Virus record (IMG/VR): IMGVR_UViG_3300036800_000031
Location: 25,254-89,253 of that record
From: a virus
Direction: 5' to 3' (one strand)
Length of the DNA stretch: 64,000 bases
A model generated the notes under the pieces. That model saw nothing but the letters and a program-made list of their open reading frames with translations, searched no databases and was not told where the DNA came from. Below, one piece after another: positions 32,801-42,391 of this stretch (the first letter of the stretch is position 1; the number at the start of each line of letters is the position of its first letter). A program made the position numbers and the translations under genes.

Positions 32801-35800
32801 AAGCGGCGGTGCTCAGGGGCTTCGGAGCCGGACTGGCTGATGCCTTCGGAGTGACGACCGTGGTGTCGGCGGTCTCTCCGGCGGCGGTGACGTGTCCCTG
32901 GTAGCTGTAGCCGTGGGCCTTCCGGGTGTCCATCACCTTGATGTGGGCGGCGACAGCGGCGGCGGTGGATGAATATTCCTTGGAAGCGGTAGAGACATGA
33001 GCGCCGGGCTTCGTACTCCCGTAGGCCGTGTGGTGGGTGGCGGTGCCGTCGGGGTGCTGGATGACGGTGGACTCGTAGAACTTGTCGCTCGTGCCGGAGT
33101 GGTTCTCGACTCGGGTGGAGGTATAGACCTTGCCGGGTTGGATGGTGGTCGGGGCGGAGACACTCGGCTCGATGGGCTTCGGACTGACCAGCGGCTGGCT
33201 CTTGGCGGTAGCGGCGTATTCCTTCAGCCCGGCGCTGAGTCCTTCCAAGCGGGCCTTGTCTATCCCGGCGTGAGAGTTGATTGCGGCCTCATCATGCTGG
33301 CCCGCTTGGGTGAGGGCTTCTTCCTTGGTCATACCGAGCTTCGTCGCTGATTCGATGCCGACCTTGTGCCCGGCCGTGAAGGCGTCGTGCTTCGGGGAAC
33401 CGGGGAGGTACTTGGTAGCGGGACTTTCGGTGTGGAGCTTCTGTTCGGCGACGTATTTGTCGAACTGATCCTTCAGTTGCTTGTCATAGTCCGCAGCCGA
33501 TTGGCCCGGTGCCCGAGGGTGGGCGAGGTACGGGTGCTCCTCGTGCCACTTCTTCCAATCCCGAGTCTCCAGTTCTTCGTCGTCCCGTCCGGCCAGAGCC
33601 GCCTTTGCCGCTTGGTGCTTCTTGTGAGCGATCATCAACTGGGTGGCTTCGTTGCCGATAGCCGGGACCATGACCGCGATCAGCCCGAGCAGGACCGGCA
33701 GAGCCAACCCTCCGGTAGCGGCGGTAAGGGCAATAGCGGCCGCGACTTCCCCGAGCTTGATGATGAAGCTGGTCTTCGCTTCCTTGTGCTTCTCGTCGGC
33801 GATCTTGGTTTCTAGCTCGGTCACCCGGCCGTGGAGATGGGCGGCTTCGGCATCACTGACGATTTGGGCGGCGTGAGCCTTGTCGATGCTGGTGCTGGCT
33901 TCACTGGCGATCTTGTGAACCTGCGCATCGGTGACCTTCGCGGCGTTCGCCGGGCTGATCTGCGGGGTGCGGGATTGCTTGGCGGCTTCGGTATAGGCGT
34001 GAGCCGCGGCCAGGTGGACGGTCTGCGCCTTGCTCTCTCCGATGGACTTGGCGACTCCGGCGGCTCGACGGTGCTTGGCGGCTTCGCTGCGGAGGGCGGC
34101 TTCGTCTCCGGCCTTCGGACCGTGAGTGGCCTCTTGAAAGTGCTTCACGGCGGCGTTGTTGTAGGTGGTGACGCGGGTACCGACGATGCCGTGCTTGGTG
34201 GAGAGCTTCTTGAACTCATCGCTGCTCAGCGGGCCGGTGACCTTGCCGTGCTCGTCCATCCATCCCTGGAAGCCGGACTTCAGCCGGGCGTCGTAGGCCG
34301 CTGCGCTTTCACCCTTCGCCCGAGGGTGGGGAACGTAGGGATGCTCCTCATGCCACTTTTTCCAGTCTCGGGTTTCCAAGTCGCCTATGGATCGGCTACC
34401 TCCGTGGAGGTGATCCTGCCAATCGGCGTGGCCCGCCTTGAATGCCTCGTTGATATCTTCATCCGGTTCGGAGCGGACACCGTAGCTCTGCTGACTGACG
34501 TAGGCGTGGGTGGTGCCAGCGCGGTTCTCCACCCGGTCGATGTGGAACTTGCCGCCGGAGATAACCTCTCGTTCCTCGGCGTACTGATTGCCCGGCAGGG
34601 CGCTGATGTCCAGACCCTTAGCCCCACTGGCGGCGTGGAAAATGACCGACTCCGTGCGAGCGCCCTTCTGCTTGGTGCCGGTGGCCCCGTGAGCGAACCC
34701 GTTAGCCACCGACGCCTTTTTCGACCACGATGCGCTGTCCAAAGCGAAGGTCTTACCGGGTGTCAGGTGCTGGACCTCGGTGGGCGTCATAAACACGCCT
34801 CGGTGCAGTGTCCCCTGCCGAGCGGTCTTGTCTTGGAGCAGCCGGAGGATGTGCTGGGCCTTGGCCCGCTGGACGTCAAAGTGCTCGACGGGCAAATCTC
34901 GAACCTGGCTGCGGTGTAGCTCGTCCTCGAACGGAGTTCGGGCGGCAGCCTGGTGGTGCCGGAAGGAAGTCGTCCAAGCCGCTATCGCCTGACTGTTTCG
35001 ATCTTCTTCGGTGGCACCCTCCCATTTGGCTCGGGCGTTCTTCGTCTGTCGATCATGGGACTCGTTGAACTGGATTCCTGCACTCCCCGATAGGGAGTCC
35101 TGGCTTTTCTGATCCAGACGCAGGATCTTGCGGCTTGTCGGCACGAGGTTTTGCTTGAACCCGGTCCCCGTTCCCGCCTCCGCCGTGGGGTCGGTGGTGT
35201 TGACGATCCAGCGCCCCGGCTGTTTGCCGCCGATGCTCTTGAAGGCGTTGGTCACCCGACGGTGCTGACCGCCGATGAGAATGTGATCGCCCGGCTTCAA
35301 CCGCCCGACGGTGACCTTCACCCCGGTTGGCCTCGCCGCCAGATGCTCGGCGAACGCACTCTTGATCCGCTCGTCATACTGCTCGGCGGTTTCGTTCTTC
35401 GTCCTCGGGTGAACTTCATACGGGTGTTCTTCGTGCCATTTCTTCCAGTCTCGGGTTTCGAGGTCTTCGTGGTCATCGGTCTTCCCGCTGTTCTTCCAGA
35501 AGGCTTCGTCGGCTGCGGCCGTCTTGCTGCCCTTCTTCGTTAGCCACTTCGGCAGTTGGGTTTGCTTCAGCCCCTTCAGCCCCTTCGGCTTGGAGGTGGA
35601 CGGAGAGAGCTCCAACTTCGGCACCTTGGACTTCGGTGAGCTAGGAGCCTTCGGCAGGGAATCCCCCGGTCCCTTGTCGCCGGGGCTGAAACTCGTCTTG
35701 AAGTAGGGCTTCGGCTTCGGCGGCGGGGGAGGGAGGACGATCTTCGGGAAGGAAAGCTCGGGGTGGAGCTTCCCGTAGGCCTCATAGGCAGCTTGAAGGG

Positions 35801-36431
35801 TCTGGAGGTCGCGATAGCGCCCCTGGAGATTGGTGGACTGGCTGATCGAGTTGAGGGCCTCTTGCGGCGTGGCCCACTTCAGGGCGTTCGTCTCGCCGTT
35901 CGCCTCCATCGCCGTCCGGTCCACCTGACCGGCGGTGTCGGTCGCCAGATAGAAGTGGTTGGTCGAGGAGGTCGTCCCGCCCCTGAACGCTCCGGGAACG
36001 TGCCCGACGATTTGGGGAGCATGACCGGTCTCCTCCAGGGTCTCTCTAAGGGCAGTGTCAGCTGGGTGTTCACCGTTGTCCGGTCCCCCCTTGGGAAACG
36101 TCCAGGCGTACCCGTCGAAGTGGTTGGTTGGCTCCCGAAGTAGCACTCGTCCAGCAGAGTCAAATGTAATTGCGCCATAGCGGGGGTTGCCTCCCTTGGG
36201 CCATTCGCCTTCGGCGTGGAGGTCACGGCTCCCGTAACTCCCGGTGAGTGGGTTGTGGCTGACCGGCGGTTCCTTCGGATCCTTCGGGGCGGAGTGGCTC
36301 TCTTTCGGGGTGTGCCCTTCGAGCATGGCGGCGAACTCAGCGGCGTGGTGGCTGCCCTGACCTTCGTGTTCGGCGTCCCACTTCGCCCAGTCGCGCTGGC
36401 TGAGGTCAGACCGTGAAGGAGCAAGCGCCAT
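29802..36431 (-). CDS. 2209-aa multidomain head-module polyprotein (NUDIX, ADP-ribosyltransferase x2, TM, WGR-like, atypical kinase-like)
   Basis: Nudix box GGPDNGEHPADTALRETLEETG; ART R-S-ExE triads (LHRG/SWS/EERE and FQRK/TSWS/SEVE); SDKFYE...AYG; GSNGG...YLVK...NEV...NHDV.G...DN...IDIG. Confidence 0.8.
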   Translation of the reverse strand: MALAPSRSDLSQRDWAKWDAEHEGQGSHHAAEFAAMLEGHTPKESHSAPKDPKEPPVSHNPLTGSYGSRDLHAEGEWPKGGNPRYGAITFDSAGRVLLREPTNHFDGYAWTFPKGGPDNGEHPADTALRETLEETGHAPQIVGHVPGAFRGGTTSSTNHFYLATDTAGQVDRTAMEANGETNALKWATPQEALNSISQSTNLQGRYRDLQTLQAAYEAYGKLHPELSFPKIVLPPPPPKPKPYFKTSFSPGDKGPGDSLPKAPSSPKSKVPKLELSPSTSKPKGLKGLKQTQLPKWLTKKGSKTAAADEAFWKNSGKTDDHEDLETRDWKKWHEEHPYEVHPRTKNETAEQYDERIKSAFAEHLAARPTGVKVTVGRLKPGDHILIGGQHRRVTNAFKSIGGKQPGRWIVNTTDPTAEAGTGTGFKQNLVPTSRKILRLDQKSQDSLSGSAGIQFNESHDRQTKNARAKWEGATEEDRNSQAIAAWTTSFRHHQAAARTPFEDELHRSQVRDLPVEHFDVQRAKAQHILRLLQDKTARQGTLHRGVFMTPTEVQHLTPGKTFALDSASWSKKASVANGFAHGATGTKQKGARTESVIFHAASGAKGLDISALPGNQYAEEREVISGGKFHIDRVENRAGTTHAYVSQQSYGVRSEPDEDINEAFKAGHADWQDHLHGGSRSIGDLETRDWKKWHEEHPYVPHPRAKGESAAAYDARLKSGFQGWMDEHGKVTGPLSSDEFKKLSTKHGIVGTRVTTYNNAAVKHFQEATHGPKAGDEAALRSEAAKHRRAAGVAKSIGESKAQTVHLAAAHAYTEAAKQSRTPQISPANAAKVTDAQVHKIASEASTSIDKAHAAQIVSDAEAAHLHGRVTELETKIADEKHKEAKTSFIIKLGEVAAAIALTAATGGLALPVLLGLIAVMVPAIGNEATQLMIAHKKHQAAKAALAGRDDEELETRDWKKWHEEHPYLAHPRAPGQSAADYDKQLKDQFDKYVAEQKLHTESPATKYLPGSPKHDAFTAGHKVGIESATKLGMTKEEALTQAGQHDEAAINSHAGIDKARLEGLSAGLKEYAATAKSQPLVSPKPIEPSVSAPTTIQPGKVYTSTRVENHSGTSDKFYESTVIQHPDGTATHHTAYGSTKPGAHVSTASKEYSSTAAAVAAHIKVMDTRKAHGYSYQGHVTAAGETADTTVVTPKASASPAPKPLSTAASLGMDHTPKNAADLSTMQKISGPLGSNGGQWYKAADGSSYLVKPANSNEHAYNEVAMGKVYEAAGITVPHTTILTNGDGSLSVVSKKIEGLTPLQGLPTEKVKGVQGFGIDVLTANHDVAGLTNDNVFKDANGNVVRIDIGGAGKFRAMGAVKVSWGKEVVEDKSLLASDQGKFLYGSNPDPLQVKGSLQVAANLNLENVDQKMQDAGIPKAHREEVLNTLASRQADIQAHLLAATVYKSTVQPGHVSDSFSNPPPVSNYGPGFTVKNEGPGGKPVEAPAVPFPKSLPPEIPAENKPHYQEGFNQGYLLGKQMAANGSTVHEMQLAAFSHYNKGKKSKKAGEMSGFAQSSGMNHGIKAAAAEHKAAGGPLGGPNQKGGVKASVSTPSPQASPQVSLSPGTVEVAKKDLKPGDVWKTKGGTKYKVMAVSPSGAFTLQKMNSTGKTIGSPFQHISTNPNLLVSKVVGGRSTPKPKGPTKSQVMAKNLKAGDQILIGNVGHTITATNSMGTHFYVKENGNPNAGESDFKPGLSTTKVTKIKPGHAQFSTGSAQASAAKAAAGPGYSPSTSGMPSSLKAKAQPIHFTGDTASNGEPFHQHPGYHNDAYDAAYSSASTTAPPDNTEMAKLDKAQKDSQPGTEEAAIAKGKFAGAMASQQEWAKTHKSEAKKAQEKEFIEKVNSFYTSKTPFEVKDTQTPKTVPDTIPHGTKPAHATTASEVGYNQAIAQGYDQAIAAHLQGKTPEQINGAAQGYLDQATALGQPSDESGIIDQAHLAGLAQGAGKAAVDLKKNPDQHPNASSKSIIHQGVLADKSGHGAYTSVQSGNPYKNNQSDTQLSFTSSELGSVGMWKANYRYSHSAMNTALDKMAQGHDPGNGQAAKAAKQIAQMYIEKGEPNKQAFQRKLYKSGMPASVIASLTTVGNKVDIPLTSWSTDPNAWSGSNPPRDFWIHAPAGTVSLDVGRVVNYDSEVETISAGKFQVESVKKVGAITHVYLKQLEAFAK
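33527..35463 (-). repeat. three dispersed copies of LETRDWKKWHEEHPY.HPR within the polyprotein
   Basis: Copies near 35420-35463, 34333-34381 and 33527-33573; degenerate fourth copy (LSQRDWAKWDAEH) at the N-terminus. Confidence 0.85.
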
Positions 36432-36473
36432 GAGGTGAGTATCGCCTATCCAACGGGGGAGGGCTGAGTATGG

Positions 36474-39206
36474 CTACTTGCCGTGGGCGGCGTCAGCCGT
36501 CGCCCCGACCAGCGCCTTGCGGTTCGCGGCTTGCTGAGTCTGGATAGCGACCAGGGCTTTAAGGGAAGAAGCCGGGATGAGTCCGGACAGGTTCGTGGCG
36601 CTGAGCACTCCCTGGCCCATACTCATGTCGGGAGGCAGGAACGCCTGAGAACAGCGGCAGTTGATTACCTCATCCGGAGGAGCGGCCGGGTCGCCCGGAA
36701 ATAGCATCGGCCACCCGCCGACGTAGAACGGTCGGCTGACGGGGACGGTCTGGCCGTCGGCAATTGCGTGGGTCGGGCGAACCCGGTCGTCATGGAGGCT
36801 GAGCCAAGCGTGGCTACCGACCGTTCCGTCGGGGAGCTTGGCGGCGTAGGCCTGGGCGGCTTGGTTCAAGCTGCCTACCGTCTCCGTCCGGGCGATCATT
36901 GCGGCCCGTACCGAGTCAGCCGTGTCGAAGATGTCGTTGATGTGCCCGGCGAGTTCGGTCGCTCCCTCACCCTCCACCACACCCTTCTGGATGGCGGCGT
37001 AGATGGCTTGGCGGGTGGTCTCGGTGATACCGGCGGCTTGGCGCTGGGCACGGACGGCCAGAATCTCGGTGACGTGGTGGAGGCTGTCCCCGTCGTCCAG
37101 GCTGACGGGGGCATTTACCTGACTCCTCACCCGGCCTCCGGCGACTTCCGCCGCCAGGGCGTAGTGCTGAGCGAGCGCCTTCTCCAGGGCGTTCTGCCAG
37201 AAGGTGGCGTCGAAAACGGCTCCAGGGTCAACCGCAGCGGCGGTAGCGCCCGCCAATACGTCAGCGTTGGCCGGATTGACCCCTGTAAGGCCACCTACGG
37301 CGCTAACGGAGCCGACCGGGGGAACGGGGCCACCGGCTTGTGCCGCCCGCTTCAGCATCGTTTTACCGCGCTTGCCGGTCAGGCGGCTGATCACGGCTTG
37401 GCGCTGCTTGGCGAAGTGGTCCTTCACCATCGCTTCCATGCCCGGCTCGATTTTCCGCTGATCGGTGGTGGATTGGCTCTTGGCGGCTTGGAGGTGACGG
37501 CGGTAGTTGCCTTTGACGTGCCCGGTGGGGACGTGCTCGTGGCCGAGCGGCCCGGCGTGGCGCTTTCCGGAGGTGGACCGGTGAACGGCGGCGGTGATCG
37601 GCTTTCCACACTGTTCACAGGAGGCCAGGTCGCTCCCGACGAACCGATGCGTCTTCAAGACTCCGGCGATGGCGGCGTCTTCCTTTTTGTCCGGGCCGAC
37701 CGGTAGGAGGGAACCGGCGTTGTCGGGGGTGGACTCGCCGATCATGTCTCGGAGGCGCAGAGCTTCCGCTTCGATTTGCTCCAAGGGGATGAACAGTTCC
37801 TGGTCTTCACGCTTGGTCAGCGTCAACGTGGGGGCACCGAACTGGTCCTTGCCCCAGGTGAACCCGGCCGGAGGCTTCTTGGCGGCGTATTGGGCACGGG
37901 CCGGAGCCGGGAGCTTGTTGATGGCGTTCGCCATTGCCTGGCTGCTCTTGGTCACCGGCATCTGAGCGGCGGCGCTGGCGGCTACCTGAGCGGCGGTAAC
38001 CGTCGGAGACGGAGCGGCCGCAGAAGACGTTGAAGCCGCCGGGGCGGCGGAGGTGGAAGGGGCGGGGGTGGAGGGAGACCCGGAAGAGGATGTTGAGGGT
38101 GAGCTAGACGAGGTTGAAGCTGAGGTTGAAGTGGAGGTTGAGGAAGCCGGAGTGACCAGCGCCAACGACCAGCCCTTCGAACCACCATCGACCCACTGAT
38201 GCCCGGCCGGGGGAGAAGTCGTTGACATAAGTTGCCGCTGGCTGGCCGGGAGGGCATTGATCGTGTTCGCCTTGGCTATCGACGCCTTAGACGCCGGAGT
38301 GGCCGAAGCTACCGCATGGCTGGCGGTGGCCTTTTGGGCGCTGGACATATTTTGAGCGGTCACCTGGGTCAGTGTCGGGGAACCGTCGGCTCCCTTCCCC
38401 CAGGTGTATCCGGCGGGGGCGGCTCCGGTCGAGAGGGCCTGGCGCTGGTCAGCGGGGAGGGCATTGATCTTGATGGCTTTGGCGCTCGATCCGGCCGTGG
38501 CGGCGGAACTGGCGGTGAGAGCGGTCTGTGCTGACTTCTTGCTGGCAGCGGTCGCCTTGTTGGAGGCGGTGGTCTGAGCAGTTTGAGCCTTCTTTGCGGC
38601 GGCAGCAGCGGCCTTTTGAGCGGCGGCGGCTTTCGCAGCATTCGCCTTCACGGCGGCGGCGGCTTTCGCGGCCCCTCCGGCAGCAGCTTTGGCGGCTCCG
38701 GCCCCTAGTGCCGCCTGAACCCCGGCCAGTTGGCTCACGGTGAACTTTCCGGTGACGGTTTGGTTCATTGCCTTCTGGTAGGCGCTCGCCAAGATGAAGG
38801 ACTGGGCATCGGTGGTCCCGAGGGAGTTGTTGACATCTTGCTGATTGGCGGGCTGGTTCCCCGGTCCCCACTGGTTTCCTTCAAAGGGGTGACCGGCCGC
38901 GAACGACCCGGAAGCCCGGAAGCCCAACTTCGTTGGCTCCGCCCGGCCGGTGGAGGCTTTCATCGCTTCCCACTGGGCCAAGGCGTCAGCGGCCTTCGCC
39001 CGAGTCTTCTCGGTGACGTGGCCCCCGCCGCGTGCCCAGTTCTGAACGGCCCCGATAGCGAGTTGGATAGCCCCCGACTCATCGTGGCCGCTGCGGATCA
39101 GCGCATGGGCAATGGCCCGGATGAAGTCCGGCAAGCCTCCCCGTTCGGTCACCCAGTTCTTCTTGGTGCCGAGGGGGCTGACGTCGTAGCGGGTTTCGGT
39201 GGTCAT
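36474..39206 (-). CDS. MuF (SPP1 gp7-like) minor head protein with long N-terminal extension
   Basis: C-terminal RA.MIARTE, W....DDRVRPTH..ADGQ, PGDP.AP..EVINCRC. Confidence 0.88.
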   Translation of the reverse strand: MTTETRYDVSPLGTKKNWVTERGGLPDFIRAIAHALIRSGHDESGAIQLAIGAVQNWARGGGHVTEKTRAKAADALAQWEAMKASTGRAEPTKLGFRASGSFAAGHPFEGNQWGPGNQPANQQDVNNSLGTTDAQSFILASAYQKAMNQTVTGKFTVSQLAGVQAALGAGAAKAAAGGAAKAAAAVKANAAKAAAAQKAAAAAAKKAQTAQTTASNKATAASKKSAQTALTASSAATAGSSAKAIKINALPADQRQALSTGAAPAGYTWGKGADGSPTLTQVTAQNMSSAQKATASHAVASATPASKASIAKANTINALPASQRQLMSTTSPPAGHQWVDGGSKGWSLALVTPASSTSTSTSASTSSSSPSTSSSGSPSTPAPSTSAAPAASTSSAAAPSPTVTAAQVAASAAAQMPVTKSSQAMANAINKLPAPARAQYAAKKPPAGFTWGKDQFGAPTLTLTKREDQELFIPLEQIEAEALRLRDMIGESTPDNAGSLLPVGPDKKEDAAIAGVLKTHRFVGSDLASCEQCGKPITAAVHRSTSGKRHAGPLGHEHVPTGHVKGNYRRHLQAAKSQSTTDQRKIEPGMEAMVKDHFAKQRQAVISRLTGKRGKTMLKRAAQAGGPVPPVGSVSAVGGLTGVNPANADVLAGATAAAVDPGAVFDATFWQNALEKALAQHYALAAEVAGGRVRSQVNAPVSLDDGDSLHHVTEILAVRAQRQAAGITETTRQAIYAAIQKGVVEGEGATELAGHINDIFDTADSVRAAMIARTETVGSLNQAAQAYAAKLPDGTVGSHAWLSLHDDRVRPTHAIADGQTVPVSRPFYVGGWPMLFPGDPAAPPDEVINCRCSQAFLPPDMSMGQGVLSATNLSGLIPASSLKALVAIQTQQAANRKALVGATADAAHGK

Positions 39207-39769
39207 GCTGCCTCATAACAAGATGTCGGTTGTACCCGAAGTCTCCGAGTGCGCCGGACATTGCAATGGCCGCAGGACGGAACCAGATTGGACAGAGCGT
39301 TGTTGTGACGGTCGTGGTCAAGATGATCCACACAGATCAGTTCACAATCCGGTTCGGACCACCAAGCGAGGGGTATCGAGCACCAAAAGCAGGGAACATG
39401 CACCGGACCGATGGCGTCAAACAGCACCTTCCGGTGAGCATAAACCCGACCAGTGCCATTGTGAGCCAGAGGATGACCAACTGATTTGACCAATCGGTAA
39501 CGCTTCGAGTCCAAAACGGTGACAGGGGAATCAGTAGATCCATTGCGCTTCATGCGCTGTCCATGCAGAGAGCAAAGCCCATTCTTTGAGTGAGACCGGA
39601 GGCACCCTCCAACTTCACATCCGAATCGCTTACCGGGAGTCAGCAACGGATCGCCGTGAGTCTTCCACCGCCAGTAGTGCATCTGGCACCACCCACGGGC
39701 ATCTACCGGCTTCTCACAACCGTCTATCGAACATGACCTCACGAACCGACCACTCCTCCATCTACCCAA
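39203..39769 (-). CDS. HNH endonuclease
   Basis: CSIDGC...ARGWCQMHY repeats; Y.HR, VDHLDHDRHNN..SNLVPSC..CN. Confidence 0.88.
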   Translation of the reverse strand: MGRWRSGRFVRSCSIDGCEKPVDARGWCQMHYWRWKTHGDPLLTPGKRFGCEVGGCLRSHSKNGLCSLHGQRMKRNGSTDSPVTVLDSKRYRLVKSVGHPLAHNGTGRVYAHRKVLFDAIGPVHVPCFWCSIPLAWWSEPDCELICVDHLDHDRHNNALSNLVPSCGHCNVRRTRRLRVQPTSCYEAA

Positions 39770-40041
39770 TCAAACTGATCAACCGGGAAATGATCACCAC
39801 AGGCAACGCAAAAAGTAGCCGAGTAAAACGAGGGCTGGCGGGCGTAGGTCTCGCAGAGCTTCTCGCCCATCCGGGTGACTACTCCACAGCTTTTCCCCCG
39901 GCTGTGTATATAGGACCGGCGTACCGGCCTTACGAACCCCTTGGCGAGTTCCTCATCGCTGAGTACGAGGTAGGCCTCCTGCATCCCGCTCGGTTCGATG
40001 TTGCGGAGGCGGGGGTCACTCCGGTCGTCGGTGACTCCCAT
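39739..40041 (-). CDS. hypothetical protein (Cys/His metal-binding)
   Basis: YLVLS.EE.AKGFVRPVR.SY.H..CG..T.M...ETYAR.P.FY.ATFC..C. Confidence 0.7.
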   Translation of the reverse strand: MGVTDDRSDPRLRNIEPSGMQEAYLVLSDEELAKGFVRPVRRSYIHSRGKSCGVVTRMGEKLCETYARQPSFYSATFCVACGDHFPVDQFDWVDGGVVGS

Positions 40042-42383
40042 TAGGTGACGTCCGCCATTGCGTCGCCGAGCTTGTCCAGGTAGCCCGCTTCTCTAACGTC
40101 CAGGGCCTCGAACGCTTCTTCGATGGCTTCGGCGTCGTCCAGGTAGCCGAGGGCGTCTCGTTCTCCCTCGCTGATCGGGATGATGTCGTTGACTTCGTTC
40201 GGCCCGCCGATCTTGTTGATGGCGGTCTGGAGGTGGGCGTCGCAAACGGGGACGTAAGCGGCTCCCTCCGCCCAAAGGATGGAGTTGGAAGCGGGGTGAT
40301 CCCCGAACTTGCACTTCTGCGGCTTGGTGGGGTCGCCACGGGTGTCCAAGAGGTCAGCAGCCCGGTTGAGCTTTGCATCGTGCATGTCGGTAGCCCAGGG
40401 GCCTTCGTTGGAATCGACGGTGCCGATGTAGGCCGGGGTGGTGGTGTCTTGGATGCGCTTCCGGGCCAGGGTGCGGTGGTAGCCGTCGGCCACCTTCAGC
40501 TTGTCGCTGTTAGGGGTCTTGACCAGGACGACCGGGGCGTTAGCGCCGGGAGCGTCGTTAAGCAGCCCCTTGGCGATCCCAGCGACCTTAGCTTGGTCCC
40601 TACCACCGGGTCGGCGTTCCATGTCGATCTGGTCGAGGGGGACTTGCTTCGGGCCTTCCCAGTCGGCGTCGCCTACCCAGTCGAGAACGTGGTCCGGGTA
40701 GCTCTTGCCGAGCGTCTTGTGGACGGTATCGGTGATCCGGTCGGCGATGGCCAGGGCGCGCAGGCCTTCCGCCTGCTGGATGATGCGGGCGGCTTTGTCG
40801 ATACCGGCCCCGGTGGTGCTCAGCTTGCGCTTCGGCGCTTCGGCCGACCGGACGTGGATGATCTCCCGCTTCGGGGTGGTGCGGGTTTGGAGACCGGCCA
40901 GCGTCCAGGTGTTCATCGGGGGCGGGTTAGCCCGGCGCTCGGCGGCACGCTCCTCCATGACACAAGCCCACCGGTAGAGCAGTTCGTCCGTGCTCATGCG
41001 GCCCGCTCCGGCGGCGCTGCTCTCCACGCCGATAGCCACCGTGTCGGTGTCATCGTCGCTGGTGGCGTTCTCCGGCGGGATGTTGAGGACGTTGGCGACC
41101 TGGGCCGCATTGGCGACTCCGGTGGTGATCACGTCGGTGATGCTCGGGGGGGCGAAAACGCTCGGAGGCTGGAGGGCGTTCACCCGTGCCAGGTCGAACC
41201 AGCCGGTCTCCATGCCCAGGCGGGGAGCGAGGGCGTTGTTGATGTGGTCTTGAAGCTCGCTGATAAGGGGGAGGACGGTGATCGTCCAGAAGTTGAGGTA
41301 CTCCGCTGACGAGTTCGCATAGGTGCGCTGGCTGGCGTTACCGATCAGCGACTCCGGGACGCCGAGGGCGATGCAAATGTCGATCTTGGCCTGGAGGGCT
41401 GCCGCGGCCAGGCCCGCTTCAATCGGGGTAGTGGCGAGGCGCTCTACCTGAACGAGCGGCTTACCGGCCGGGTCGCCTTCGTCAGCTTCCACTTCGCCGA
41501 AGATGGTCCCGCCCACCTTGTCTACGCCAGTGAACTCACTGAGGAACGAGTCTTGCCAGGCTCGGCGAGCGCCCGGCTCGTCAAAGGGCGGGGTAATCAC
41601 CATTGTCGTCGCCACCATGTCGTTCTTCAGCAGGTTGGCGATGTACTTGTCAACCGCTTTGGCGATGTAGACGGGGAACTGAGCGGCCTGGAGCGCACTC
41701 TCCGGCAGGCGGAAGTCGAGGATCGACGGCCTCCAGCAGTAGATGACCTTTTCTTCCGGGAGGTCGATGTAGCCGGTGCTCGGCTGGTACTGATAGCCGT
41801 TGAACCACTTGGACCCGCCGACGGTGGGCTTCGGGAACAGGACGCTACTGACCAGCGGGTAGAGACCGATGATGGCCTGGTCCTTCAAGGCACCGGGTCC
41901 GTCGAGTTGGCACTCCCACCCGAACCGGCCGGTGACGAGGTACTGGATGATCGACCACTCCCAAAGGATGCGGGCCGGGGTGGACGGGTTCGGGCCTCCG
42001 GGAGCCTGCGGGGTGCTCGGCCCGAGCAGAGTCGCCAAGGGGGCGTTCTTGTCGTAGTTAGCCGGATCGGTAGGGTCGGCCCCCGCCACCCAAGGCAGGC
42101 CAGCGATGGTACTGGCGATAGTCCGGACGCACCGCATGACGAAAACGTGGCCGAGATAGGCGAGCCGGGCCTGCTCCTCGGCGTTCCAGTCGATGTTGAG
42201 GGGCTGGCCTTCGCTGACGTAGGTGACCGGAGCCGTACCGGCGGCGACCGCGCCCCGCTTGGTGGGGGAGGGCCGGGTGATCAAGTTTCCGAGTCCCGCC
42301 TTCGGAACCTTCAACGGCGGGCGAGCGGGCTGATTGCCGGTGAGGGCGGCTCGGGTCATCATCCGAGCGATACGGTCACCCAC
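40041..42383 (-). CDS. portal protein with C-terminal ParB-like domain
   Basis: VMRCV..IA..IA.LP, I..ALGVP..L.G...TYAN, T.LP motifs; follows terminase; C-terminal PVVL...VADGYHR. Confidence 0.9.
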   Translation of the reverse strand: MGDRIARMMTRAALTGNQPARPPLKVPKAGLGNLITRPSPTKRGAVAAGTAPVTYVSEGQPLNIDWNAEEQARLAYLGHVFVMRCVRTIASTIAGLPWVAGADPTDPANYDKNAPLATLLGPSTPQAPGGPNPSTPARILWEWSIIQYLVTGRFGWECQLDGPGALKDQAIIGLYPLVSSVLFPKPTVGGSKWFNGYQYQPSTGYIDLPEEKVIYCWRPSILDFRLPESALQAAQFPVYIAKAVDKYIANLLKNDMVATTMVITPPFDEPGARRAWQDSFLSEFTGVDKVGGTIFGEVEADEGDPAGKPLVQVERLATTPIEAGLAAAALQAKIDICIALGVPESLIGNASQRTYANSSAEYLNFWTITVLPLISELQDHINNALAPRLGMETGWFDLARVNALQPPSVFAPPSITDVITTGVANAAQVANVLNIPPENATSDDDTDTVAIGVESSAAGAGRMSTDELLYRWACVMEERAAERRANPPPMNTWTLAGLQTRTTPKREIIHVRSAEAPKRKLSTTGAGIDKAARIIQQAEGLRALAIADRITDTVHKTLGKSYPDHVLDWVGDADWEGPKQVPLDQIDMERRPGGRDQAKVAGIAKGLLNDAPGANAPVVLVKTPNSDKLKVADGYHRTLARKRIQDTTTPAYIGTVDSNEGPWATDMHDAKLNRAADLLDTRGDPTKPQKCKFGDHPASNSILWAEGAAYVPVCDAHLQTAINKIGGPNEVNDIIPISEGERDALGYLDDAEAIEEAFEALDVREAGYLDKLGDAMADVT

Positions 42384-42391
42384 GGCTCACC

